A DNA stretch of 61,061 nt, taken from contig JAFYUH010000137.1 of the NCBI GenBank assembly GCA_017549605.1, positions 1-61,061 on the forward strand. Direction: 5' to 3'. The position numbers were made by a program, and so were the translations under genes. This DNA is from Bacteroidales bacterium (GTDB taxonomy: Bacteria; Bacteroidota; Bacteroidia; Bacteroidales; F082). Under the pieces are notes generated by a model. That model had not been told where the DNA came from, searched no databases, and saw only the letters and a program-made list of their open reading frames with translations. Below are positions 1 to 8,042 of this stretch, in pieces. Numbering within the stretch: the stretch's first letter is position 1; each line of letters starts with the position of its first letter.

Positions 1-24
1 AAAGATGCTAATCACCAGGTTTTT

Positions 25-120
25 AGACATACGTCCGTATGTCTCTACACGAGATTCGTTTATGAAATAGTAGTGTCTTTTTATACTGTAATTTCGTGTA
101 GAGTCGCACGGACGTGCGGC
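25..120. repeat. Composite nested palindromic element with CTCTACACGA / TCGTGTAGAG arms
   Basis: Left mini-hairpin 'agacatac gtcc gtatgtct', then 'ctctacacgagat', a ~35-nt AT-rich loop, 'atttcgtgtagag', then right mini-hairpin 'cgcac ggac gtgcg'. Confidence 0.6.
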
Positions 121-127
121 TTATTAA

Positions 128-220
128 GACGCCAAGTCACCAAGTCACCAAGACACCGAGGTTCTTAGTTCAAGGTTCAGAGTTCAAAGTTCAGAGTTCA
201 AAGTTCAAAGTTCAAAGTCC
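128..220. repeat. Adjacent word runs: CACCAAGT-type (128-161) then GTTCA[AG]A heptamers x8 (161-220)
   Basis: Direct reading: 'gacgccaagtcaccaagtcaccaagacaccgagg' followed by 'gttcttagttcaaggttcagagttcaaagttcagagttcaaagttcaaagttcaaagtcc'. Confidence 0.85.
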
Positions 221-290
221 ATCCTGCCGCCTCGGCTAAATAGAGCACTCCACTGCCTGCCTGGGAACAGTCGTCACTACGTGACTTTTT

Positions 291-368
291 AGAATCTCAG
301 AATCTCAGAACTTCAGAACTTCAGAATCTCAGAAAAATTTTGAGATTTTGAGGTTCTGAATTTCTGAT
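291..368. repeat. Hairpin of (A[AT]C[TT]TCAG) 8-mers x5 facing CTGA/TGAGA words, followed by a T-run
   Basis: 'agaatctcagaatctcagaacttcagaacttcagaatctcagaaaaattttgagattttgaggttctgaatttctga' followed by 'ttttttt'. Confidence 0.8.
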
Positions 369-399
369 TTTTTTATAAAAAACCTTTAGCCATTTTTCC

Positions 400-407
400 T
401 ATCTTTG
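400..407 (+). promoter_or_regulatory. Bacteroidota -7 box (TAnnTTTG) upstream of sdaA
   Basis: 'TATCTTTG' lies 27 nt upstream of the ATG. Confidence 0.5.
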
Positions 408-434
408 TAGAGGAAAAATATTTTTCGTTTTTAT

Positions 435-1646
435 ATGAAGACAATAAAAGAGATATATCGTATAGGTCATGGTCCTTCTAGCAGTCACACCATGGCTCCT
501 CGTTTTGCATCGGAGCAGTTCCTTGCTCGTCATCCTGAAGCAGCTCGCTTTGAAGTCACTTTGTATGGCAGTCTGGCCCTCACAGGCAAAGGCCACTTGA
601 CAGACGTCGCTATCATGGAAGTCTTCGGCGATAAGGCTCTTGTAACAATAAACTGGCAGCCTGACATTTTCCTTCCTTATCATCCTAATGGAATGACATT
701 TAAGGCTTTTAACAGTGAAGACGTCATGACAGAAGAATGGACGGTCTACAGCGTCGGCGGCGGTGCTCTTGAAGAAGAAGGCAAGCCTGCAGTGTTGCCT
801 GACATTTATCCTATCACCAAGATGACTGATATCTTGAACTGGTGCGAAGACACCGGCAAGGCTTATTGGGAATATGTCAAAGATGTTGAAAACGACCCTT
901 ATCTCATGGATTATCTTGAAGAGGTATGGCAGACTATGAGTGATGCCGTCGAGCGCGGACTCCAGACCGAAGGCCGTTTGCCTGGTCCTCTCAACCTTCC
1001 TCGTAAGGCTGCTAACTACCACGTCAAGGCGATGGGTTACCAGCATACTCTGAAAAGCAGGGGCTTGGTGTTCTCTTACGCCCTCGCCGTCAGCGAGGAA
1101 AACGCTTCCGGCGGTTTGATAGTGACAGCTCCTACATGCGGTTCATGCGGCGTCTTGCCATCAGTGTTGTATCACTCAGCCAAGGCATACGACATCGCTA
1201 AGCCTCGTATCCTTAACGCCTTGGCAACAGCGGCTCTCGTGGGTAACATCGCCAAGACCAACGCTTCTATCTCAGGTGCGGAAGTAGGATGCCAGGGTGA
1301 AGTCGGCGTTGCATGTGCTATGGCGGCTGCGGCTGTATGCCAGCTCTTCGGTGGCAGCTGTGCTCAGATAGAATACGCCGCTGAGATGGCCCTCGAACAT
1401 CACCTCGGAATGACCTGCGACCCTGTGTGCGGACTCGTGCAGATACCTTGTATAGAACGTAACGCCTTCGCTGCTGCACGCGCCATGGACGCTAACATCT
1501 ATGCAACATATACCGACGGCACCCACAGAGTGTCATACGATAAAGTGGTCGCTACAATGAAAAAGACAGGCCACGATATGCCATTGCTCTACAGAGAGAC
1601 CTCAACAGGAGGATTGGCAAGCGACTATGAACAAATGGATTATTAA
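435..1646 (+). CDS. sdaA: L-serine ammonia-lyase (Fe-S dependent, single-chain)
   Basis: 403-aa ORF. It has the N-terminal 'GHGPSSSHTMAP' motif and Cys-rich 'APTCGSCG' / 'CDPVCGLVQIPCIERN' segments typical of Fe-S L-serine dehydratases. Confidence 0.9.
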   Translation: MKTIKEIYRIGHGPSSSHTMAPRFASEQFLARHPEAARFEVTLYGSLALTGKGHLTDVAIMEVFGDKALVTINWQPDIFLPYHPNGMTFKAFNSEDVMTEEWTVYSVGGGALEEEGKPAVLPDIYPITKMTDILNWCEDTGKAYWEYVKDVENDPYLMDYLEEVWQTMSDAVERGLQTEGRLPGPLNLPRKAANYHVKAMGYQHTLKSRGLVFSYALAVSEENASGGLIVTAPTCGSCGVLPSVLYHSAKAYDIAKPRILNALATAALVGNIAKTNASISGAEVGCQGEVGVACAMAAAAVCQLFGGSCAQIEYAAEMALEHHLGMTCDPVCGLVQIPCIERNAFAAARAMDANIYATYTDGTHRVSYDKVVATMKKTGHDMPLLYRETSTGGLASDYEQMDY

Positions 1647-1742
1647 AAGACACCAAGTCACCAAGTCACCAAGTCACCAAGTCGCCAAGACCCTAAGTTT
1701 TTTTAAACTTGGTGACTCAGAGACTCGGTGTCTTGGTGACTT
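1647..1742 (+). terminator. Long hairpin built from CACCAAGT x4 facing ACTTGGTG-type words, directly after the sdaA stop
   Basis: 'aagacaccaagtcaccaagtcaccaagtcaccaagtcgccaagaccctaag ttttttt aaacttggtgactcagagactcggtgtcttggtgactt'. The arms are largely complementary. Terminator function is inferred from position only. Confidence 0.5.
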
Positions 1743-1754
1743 AAAATTTGAATT

Positions 1755-2318
1755 ATGAAAAGATTATTTCTAGCTATACCGATAAAGACTACAGATAATG
1801 AGTTCGTGCCGCTTCTGGATGGTTTGAAGCGTCAGCTGGCTCATGAGAAACGTATCAACTGGGTCAAGCCGCAGCATATTCATCTCACGCTGAAATTCAT
1901 CGGCAATACTCCCGACGAGGATATTCCTAAGATTATAGAAGGAGTGGAAGAGATGCTGAAAAACCATAAGAGCTTCACTATGGATTTCAACCATACTGGC
2001 ATCTTCGGAAGTCGCTATGCGCCGCGTGTGCTGTGGCTAGGAATGCAGAACACCCCACAGGAACTGTATGATTTAGAAGAAGACACTCTGACTGTCTTTG
2101 ACAAGATAGGATATCTTCGCGACAGACAGAACTTCGTGCCTCATATCACATTGGGACGTATCAAGGAATTGTGCGAGAAACAATACTTCCAGAAGATAGT
2201 GGCAGGAATAGAACAGAAGTCGTATATAAAACAAGAGGTCAACGAGATAATATTGTTCCAAAGTATCTTACGACCTGAAGGAGCTTTCTATAAAGCGATA
2301 AAGAAATTTAAACTTTAG
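1755..2318 (+). CDS. thpR: RNA 2',3'-cyclic phosphodiesterase (2H phosphoesterase / LigT family)
   Basis: 187 aa with two H-x-T-x motifs ('HIHLTLKF', 'HITLGR') at the spacing expected for the 2H family. Ends in TAG. Confidence 0.8.
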   Translation: MKRLFLAIPIKTTDNEFVPLLDGLKRQLAHEKRINWVKPQHIHLTLKFIGNTPDEDIPKIIEGVEEMLKNHKSFTMDFNHTGIFGSRYAPRVLWLGMQNTPQELYDLEEDTLTVFDKIGYLRDRQNFVPHITLGRIKELCEKQYFQKIVAGIEQKSYIKQEVNEIILFQSILRPEGAFYKAIKKFKL

Positions 2319-2380
2319 AAATTCAAAATCTCAGAATCTCAGAACTTCAGAACTTTTGAGTTTTTGAATTTTTGAGATTC
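2319..2380. repeat. TCAGAA[TC]C word hairpin between convergent thpR and acyltransferase; overlaps the acyltransferase 3' end
   Basis: 'aaattcaaaatctcagaatctcagaacttcagaacttttgagtttttgaatttttgagattc'. Confidence 0.8.
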
Positions 2381-3560
2381 TATTATTAAGCCAATTTCTA
2401 ACAGGTTCGTCATATAGTTTCAAACAGATGTATGCTAATGTGATATTCGTTGCCATGACGAGCAGTACCATCTGCCATGTTTCGCCGAGAGTGTATAACT
2501 CATTATCGATGAGCCATGAGTAGAAGAGATACATCACTGGATAATGTACTATATATAAAGGATAGGAGATGTCTCCTAAGAACTTGCATAACTTAGTGGT
2601 GAAGCCGTTTGTGATGTTTGCTGCTGCGCCGAACCATATTATCGCTGGAAAGACCAATATGATACACGATAATTCATAAATGCCGTTAAGACTGACGCTG
2701 CCCGTCTTCGTGATATAAGGCATAGAGAAAAGAACGAACATCACGATTACTGAAAGCCAAAAAATAGTTTGGTCGCTTAGCTTAGACCCCGTACTCTGAC
2801 TTAGTGTCTCGGTGTCTCGGCGTCTCGGCGTCTTATTAAAATTCCTCGACATTAGCATTCCGAGGGTGAATGGGAATAGCATCCTCAATAATCCTCCGAA
2901 GAAATTGACAGCGTCTAAGGTCCAGCCGATGCCTATCATATCGTATGTGGAGATGTCGAAGACGACGAAGCTTGTCCATAATAATCCAGTCATCACGACT
3001 AAGAATGCCAATCCTTTGTTGGATAGTTTTCTTATAAACAAAGCGTACAATATATTACCGATATATTCAAAGAAAAGCGACCAGCTCGGTCCGTTGAGAG
3101 GATACATCTCCCCATTGCCGCGTACATCGTAAGACGCTCCTGGATAAGCAGGGATGAGAAACATGGCAAGGAAAAACGCTACAAGAATCCAGTGAAATGG
3201 CATCTGTGTGCCGTCCCATCTTACTCCGCCTTGAAGGAGATATGTCGCCAGTCCGATGACCGCGCCCATCACCACCATAGGCTGCAATCTGACAAGACGA
3301 CGCTTGAAGAAGCTCCAGACGTTGACCGTTGACACTGACTGTTGACACAGACTTGGTGACTTCCATCTGTCATCATAAGCATAGCTGATGACGAATCCCG
3401 ACAGCATGAAGAAGAAGTCGACGCCGAGATGTCCGTGGTTGAAAGTCTCTATCATAGTGCCGCCAGCGAAGGCAAAACCTTCAAAGACGTGATACCATAA
3501 AACCATCAGAGCCGCTACACCGCGCAATCCGTCGAGTAATAAGTAATGCTGCTTCTCCAT
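2331..3560 (-). CDS. Acyltransferase family 3 integral membrane protein
   Basis: 409 aa, multi-pass hydrophobic, with the acyltransferase_3-type N-terminus 'LDGLRGVAALMVLWYHV'. It carries two in-frame word-repeat blocks, and its last codons plus stop lie in the TCAGAATC hairpin. Confidence 0.75.
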   Translation of the reverse strand: MEKQHYLLLDGLRGVAALMVLWYHVFEGFAFAGGTMIETFNHGHLGVDFFFMLSGFVISYAYDDRWKSPSLCQQSVSTVNVWSFFKRRLVRLQPMVVMGAVIGLATYLLQGGVRWDGTQMPFHWILVAFFLAMFLIPAYPGASYDVRGNGEMYPLNGPSWSLFFEYIGNILYALFIRKLSNKGLAFLVVMTGLLWTSFVVFDISTYDMIGIGWTLDAVNFFGGLLRMLFPFTLGMLMSRNFNKTPRRRDTETLSQSTGSKLSDQTIFWLSVIVMFVLFSMPYITKTGSVSLNGIYELSCIILVFPAIIWFGAAANITNGFTTKLCKFLGDISYPLYIVHYPVMYLFYSWLIDNELYTLGETWQMVLLVMATNITLAYICLKLYDEPVRNWLNNRISKIQKLKSSEVLRF

Positions 3561-3574
3561 AAAATTTTATTGTT

Positions 3575-3634
3575 AGAAATTCAAAATCTCAGAACCTCAA
3601 AAGTTTTTTTCTGAGATTCTGAGATTCTGAATTT
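3575..3634 (-). terminator. Hairpin of TCAGAA[TC]C words between S8 paralog A stop and the acyltransferase start
   Basis: 'agaaattcaaaatctcagaacctcaaaag ttttttt ctgagattctgagattctgaattt'. The arms are about 22 nt with 2-3 mismatches. Confidence 0.5.
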
Positions 3635-6600
3635 TTAATAAACAACTTTCACTGTCTTTACACATTCTTTATTTATCAAGCGAACGATATATGTGCCATT
3701 GTCGAAGCAACTCATATCTATTCTATAGTTGTCTTCTGAGACCTCGTTGCTATAGACGATGCGTCCCATTATGTCGATAATCTGAGCAGTGCCGATGGCA
3801 TTGATGATAAGTTCGTTGCCTGATTGATATACGAAATTGTTATTACAGTTTTCGTCAGATAATTTGTCATCTTTTGTAAATCTTACAACAAAACGATTGC
3901 GGATGTCTTGTGATGAAGCTGTGAATGTGTAGTCGTTCAGAAGCATATCGGTCTTTTCACCTGTGATATTGTCGACGAGAGTGATTGTCTCGAACTCGCC
4001 TTCGCTCTCGATGTGAAGTGTGTAGTTGCCCATTTCTTTTGCTTCGAAGTCGACATTGACTTCCTTGGCGTCTTCGTTACAGTTGTAGATTCCGTAATGC
4101 TTGTCGTTGCTTGTGACATAGATGTTAGCGATTGACTTATTGAAGTTATTCAATTTGTTGAAGCCCTCTTGACCTTCGTAGTTCATACATATTATCAGGT
4201 TGTCTTTGCCGCTATTGCTTGAAGCTATGATGTTGATAGAACGTACTGAGTTGTCGCTTCTTTGTTTTGCTACATTATATGTTAATGTAGGCTTGGTGTG
4301 GATGGCTTTTACGAAGAAACCGTCGCCGGCTTTGATAGTGCCGGATGTTGCATATTCATAACCGCCGTCAGCCTTTACGACAGCGTATCCGTCTGCTATA
4401 TCTTCTTTTTGAAGATTGTCCCAATCCATATCGAATGAGAAAGGATTGCCAAGGAGATGGAAGTTGGCGAGGTCCTTGCCTGTTGCGTAAGACAATGTGT
4501 ATTCGTGTGTCTTCTCGTTGTTGAGGATGCCTTTGAATACGGCCTGTGTCTCGCTTTCATAAGATGCCAAATAGCCTTTGCCTTGTTGGAATGTTGTCTT
4601 GAATTGTCCGCCTTTGTGGTTGAGCCATTCGAGTTCGTTGTTGCCTTCATATTTGTATAAGTCGTAGTCTGATGACTCAGGGATGAAGTCTTCTATATTG
4701 GCGTTTTTCACAGGAGATGAGATGAACTGCCATCCGTTGATGTTTTCGATGCTCCATTCGTCAGGGTTGATGATGTTCATTATGAATGTCGCTGCGACAT
4801 CATCGCTGCTTTGGAATACCTGAGCGCCGTCGTTGATGATGAGTCCGTCTGTATTGGCGTTGATGAGATCATTGTTGACAGTGAGTCTGACGCCTTCGTT
4901 AAGTGTAAGCGAACCGTTGTTGATTGTCATTGAATTTACTTCAACCTCTCCGCTTTCTATTGTAGCGTTGGCGTTGATGAGGATAAGGAAATCGTTAGCT
5001 GTAGGCACTTGTTTCTTGCTCCAGTTTTCTGCGTCATTCCAGAGACCGTCTTGTACGAAGGTGTTAGGGTTCTTATAGATCTTTTCAGACCATTCTATTC
5101 TTGATTCTTTGCTGCCGTCACCAGAGATGGCCACTTCGTCAAGACCTGTGCAGAAACCATATCCCGCAACATTTACGAATGCGATGTGGAATTTCTTGCC
5201 GATAAAGTCGCTTAAGTTGATTTCTACCTTTGTCCATTCAGAAACATTGGTTTTGTTGCTTGACCATACCTCTTTCCATCCGTCGTTATGAGCGGTGTTG
5301 CTTACCATGACTTTCAATGTGTTGACGTCAGTACCCCATGCTGGTGTGATATAATGGAATGACAGACTTATGCTGTTTCCGTCATATTGAGTGTAATCCA
5401 TAGGATCGGTTACCAGATATGTCAAATATGTAGGACTGTTGATATAAGACTTGATGAATGCTGCCTTGTTTCCCATAAAAGGAGTAAATATTGTCGGATT
5501 ATTTACTTGACCGGCGGAGAAGCTTTCCTCAATGACCCAGTTATATTTGCCGTTTTCGTTGTAATAGTACCAGTTTGGATTATTCGCATCATAAAGGGTG
5601 CTTGTAGATAAGCTTTCGAAGCCTTCTTCGTAGATTTTGCCTTGTTGTAAGTATAAGTTAGCTACACCATATTGATAAGCGCCGTCTTGCAATGTGTTCC
5701 AGTTGCTGTCGGTATATGTTTCGCCGTTTATGTTGGTAGCTATTTGTGTCTCTTCGCCAGATGTTTCGTTTTTTCTATAGATATTAGAACCTTTGCTGTT
5801 GTTGCCGTTGCTCCAGCTTATTTCTACATCGTTGCCGTTTACGTTTGCAGCCACATTGCTAGGAGCAGGTGTGCTTGAGTTGTCTTCTGTCTGAACGCGT
5901 AATATTTGAGAATATTCTGATTCTAAGTCTCCGCGTTTTGATGTCATGATGTAACTGTATAAAGTGCTATATTCCAATCCTTCGTCTATGTATGAAGTAC
6001 TTTCTGTATTAGCGAGGAATATCTTGTTGCGATAGATGTTGTAGCTTGTGGCGTTGTTGGTTTCATCCCATGTAAGTTTGATGGAATTGCCTGCAACCTG
6101 AGCGCTGATGCTTGGAGGAAGGAGCTCGTTGGAGATGTTTGCTACAATGTCGAAAGTACGTTTATGGCTTCCATTTGTCGCATTGACAGTGAAAGTGACC
6201 TTGTGATTGTCTGGAACTAATTTGTCGATAGTGATGACGAATTTAGCGGCTGCTGTTGCGTTGGCAGCCATTACGCCCATACTTTCGTTTCCGTCGACGA
6301 TAGTGACGTATTTGTCGTTTGTTGTTATAGTGACATTTGTATTTCCTGATGTTGAGCCTTGACCGTTATTGATTAATGTAAGTTCTAAGTTAAGATTTGT
6401 TCCAGGGATGAAATTGTTAGTGAAAGAATAAACGTTGAGGTAAGGATCGCTGGTGTTGAAATCGACGGCTTGTACGGCAGCGAGGGCGTCGATACAGCCA
6501 GAGCCAGTGTTGTTGTTTTTCTTGTCTGAAAGCTTTACTGCTGTTGTCTCGATTATTCTGCATAAGTCAGATGGTGTGAGTTCAGGGTTTTTCTCGAGCA

Positions 6601-7930
6601 TGAGAGCCATGACGCCCGCGACGCAAGGAGCGGCCATAGAGGTTCCGGCTTTGATTGCATATCCGTCGTTGCTCTCGTTGCTGAGTGACTTGACGCTTAC
6701 GCCAGGAGCGCAGATGTCAGGACGGATGAGACCTATTCCAGGGTTGTATGAATAATCGTTGTAGGATGTGTATTTCCATGTTGAAGGTCCGCGTGATGAT
6801 AATGCGGCTACTGTATTGTCATAATCTACTGCACCGACGCTGATGACGCTGGTTGTGCCGCCAGCGTTGCCTTGTTGGTCAGGGTGAATCCATGGCGGAG
6901 GGCAGTTGCCAGGTGTGCGTACGTTGTTAGGAACAGGATATGATGAAAGTTCGTTTCCGCTGTTTCCGGCTGCTACAGAAGTGACGACGCCTGCTTCTAA
7001 CACATTGCTGAATACTGTACGGAATGTCGCGCTTAAGTCGGCTGATGGATACCATCCCAATGACATGCTGATGATGTCAGCGCCGTTGTCTACAGCGAAT
7101 TCTATAGCGGAAATGATTTGTTCTGTTGTAGCGTTGATGTCTGGGTCGCTGACTTTAAGACACATAAGTGTTGCGTCTGGAGCCATGCCTGTTGCGAGGC
7201 CTGAGGTTCCGTCGCCGCAGATAGTGCCGGCGCAGTGTGTGCCGTGACCTTTGTTATCTAATGTTGATTGTCCAGGAGCGATGAAGTTATATCCGTGATG
7301 TGGGTATTGTGTGCCGCCATCCCAGAGGTGGTCTTTAAGGTCGACGTGGTTGTAGTTGACACCGCTGTCGATGATGGCTACCAAAACGCCTTTGCCTGTA
7401 TAACCTAAATCCCATACCTTGTCGGCATTGACATGTGTGACGTTTTCTGTGAGATTGCTATCTTCGCCTCTCAATGATTCGTTTTCGTCTTTATCGTCGT
7501 AAATGACAGATAACTCGCTGTTGTGGCTGATGCTTGCGATGTCAGGATGTGATGATAATTGGTATACGACATCGCGTTTTGCCTTGCAACTGACGCTGTT
7601 GATGATCCAGTGGCTTGTGATGTCGGCGACGCTTTCGCTTCTTTCTTCAGCCTTGATGATAGACATTATATCTTCTTGAGATTGCTTTGAGAATTTCTTC
7701 AACTCGTTGATGACTATCTCGCGACGCACTTCTTTGCTGTCGCTCTTGCAATATAATGACGATAAATTTTCTGTCGGCATCTGTGTTTTTAGACTGATGT
7801 TAATGCTGATGTAATCGTCATTCTTTTGGTTTAAGATTTTCTGTAATTCAGGGTCAATTACGTTGTTTTGCGCGTTTAACATAAAGATGCACAAAAACAA
7901 ATTAGCTACAAGTACAAATATTTTCTTCAT
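3635..7930 (-). CDS. Subtilisin-like S8 serine peptidase, multidomain, T9SS C-terminal sorting domain (paralog A)
   Basis: The ORF-track start at 7939 is TTG; the first ATG is at 7930 (MKKIFVLV..., signal peptide). Triad motifs are 'AIIDSGV', 'HGTHCAG' and 'GTSMAAP', with oxyanion 'AAGNSG'. Other parts are an I9-like propeptide, FN3 units, a cleaved-adhesin/choice-of-anchor-J-like module, and a C-terminal beta-sandwich tail '...IIDIMGRIVYSNE...GTYIVRLINKE...VKVVY'. Confidence 0.88.
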   Translation of the reverse strand: MKKIFVLVANLFLCIFMLNAQNNVIDPELQKILNQKNDDYISINISLKTQMPTENLSSLYCKSDSKEVRREIVINELKKFSKQSQEDIMSIIKAEERSESVADITSHWIINSVSCKAKRDVVYQLSSHPDIASISHNSELSVIYDDKDENESLRGEDSNLTENVTHVNADKVWDLGYTGKGVLVAIIDSGVNYNHVDLKDHLWDGGTQYPHHGYNFIAPGQSTLDNKGHGTHCAGTICGDGTSGLATGMAPDATLMCLKVSDPDINATTEQIISAIEFAVDNGADIISMSLGWYPSADLSATFRTVFSNVLEAGVVTSVAAGNSGNELSSYPVPNNVRTPGNCPPPWIHPDQQGNAGGTTSVISVGAVDYDNTVAALSSRGPSTWKYTSYNDYSYNPGIGLIRPDICAPGVSVKSLSNESNDGYAIKAGTSMAAPCVAGVMALMLEKNPELTPSDLCRIIETTAVKLSDKKNNNTGSGCIDALAAVQAVDFNTSDPYLNVYSFTNNFIPGTNLNLELTLINNGQGSTSGNTNVTITTNDKYVTIVDGNESMGVMAANATAAAKFVITIDKLVPDNHKVTFTVNATNGSHKRTFDIVANISNELLPPSISAQVAGNSIKLTWDETNNATSYNIYRNKIFLANTESTSYIDEGLEYSTLYSYIMTSKRGDLESEYSQILRVQTEDNSSTPAPSNVAANVNGNDVEISWSNGNNSKGSNIYRKNETSGEETQIATNINGETYTDSNWNTLQDGAYQYGVANLYLQQGKIYEEGFESLSTSTLYDANNPNWYYYNENGKYNWVIEESFSAGQVNNPTIFTPFMGNKAAFIKSYINSPTYLTYLVTDPMDYTQYDGNSISLSFHYITPAWGTDVNTLKVMVSNTAHNDGWKEVWSSNKTNVSEWTKVEINLSDFIGKKFHIAFVNVAGYGFCTGLDEVAISGDGSKESRIEWSEKIYKNPNTFVQDGLWNDAENWSKKQVPTANDFLILINANATIESGEVEVNSMTINNGSLTLNEGVRLTVNNDLINANTDGLIINDGAQVFQSSDDVAATFIMNIINPDEWSIENINGWQFISSPVKNANIEDFIPESSDYDLYKYEGNNELEWLNHKGGQFKTTFQQGKGYLASYESETQAVFKGILNNEKTHEYTLSYATGKDLANFHLLGNPFSFDMDWDNLQKEDIADGYAVVKADGGYEYATSGTIKAGDGFFVKAIHTKPTLTYNVAKQRSDNSVRSINIIASSNSGKDNLIICMNYEGQEGFNKLNNFNKSIANIYVTSNDKHYGIYNCNEDAKEVNVDFEAKEMGNYTLHIESEGEFETITLVDNITGEKTDMLLNDYTFTASSQDIRNRFVVRFTKDDKLSDENCNNNFVYQSGNELIINAIGTAQIIDIMGRIVYSNEVSEDNYRIDMSCFDNGTYIVRLINKECVKTVKVVY

Positions 7931-7984
7931 AAGAATCAATGAGATTTAATTGGATGCAAATATAAGAATAATTTGGTGTTTGGT

Positions 7985-8014
7985 GAAAAAAAAGAGATGC
8001 CCAAAGGCATCTCT
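7985..8014 (-). terminator. Canonical rho-independent terminator downstream of S8 paralog B
   Basis: On the minus strand: 'agagatgcc tttg ggcatctct' followed by T8. The stem is a perfect 9 bp. Confidence 0.75.
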
Positions 8015-8042
8015 ATGAGTGTGTTGAATGTGTTAAGGTCGC

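Noticed and set aside
121-368. Possible CRISPR array, considered because of the regularly spaced short repeats
   Set aside because: The repeat unit is 7-8 nt with no spacers, whereas CRISPR repeats are about 24-48 nt separated by unique spacers. No cas genes are present. These are simple tandem words forming hairpins.
399-1046. 215-aa ORF antisense to sdaA
   Set aside because: It lies entirely within the well-supported sdaA CDS on the opposite strand, shows no recognisable motifs, and looks like a typical shadow ORF.
7931-7939. ORF-track start (TTG) of S8 paralog A, and similarly TTG at 58409 and GTG at 57694
   Set aside because: In each case an in-frame ATG a few codons downstream begins a more typical N-terminus (a signal peptide, 'MKKIFVLV...', or 'MKQPKVPH...'). 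I used the ATG starts.
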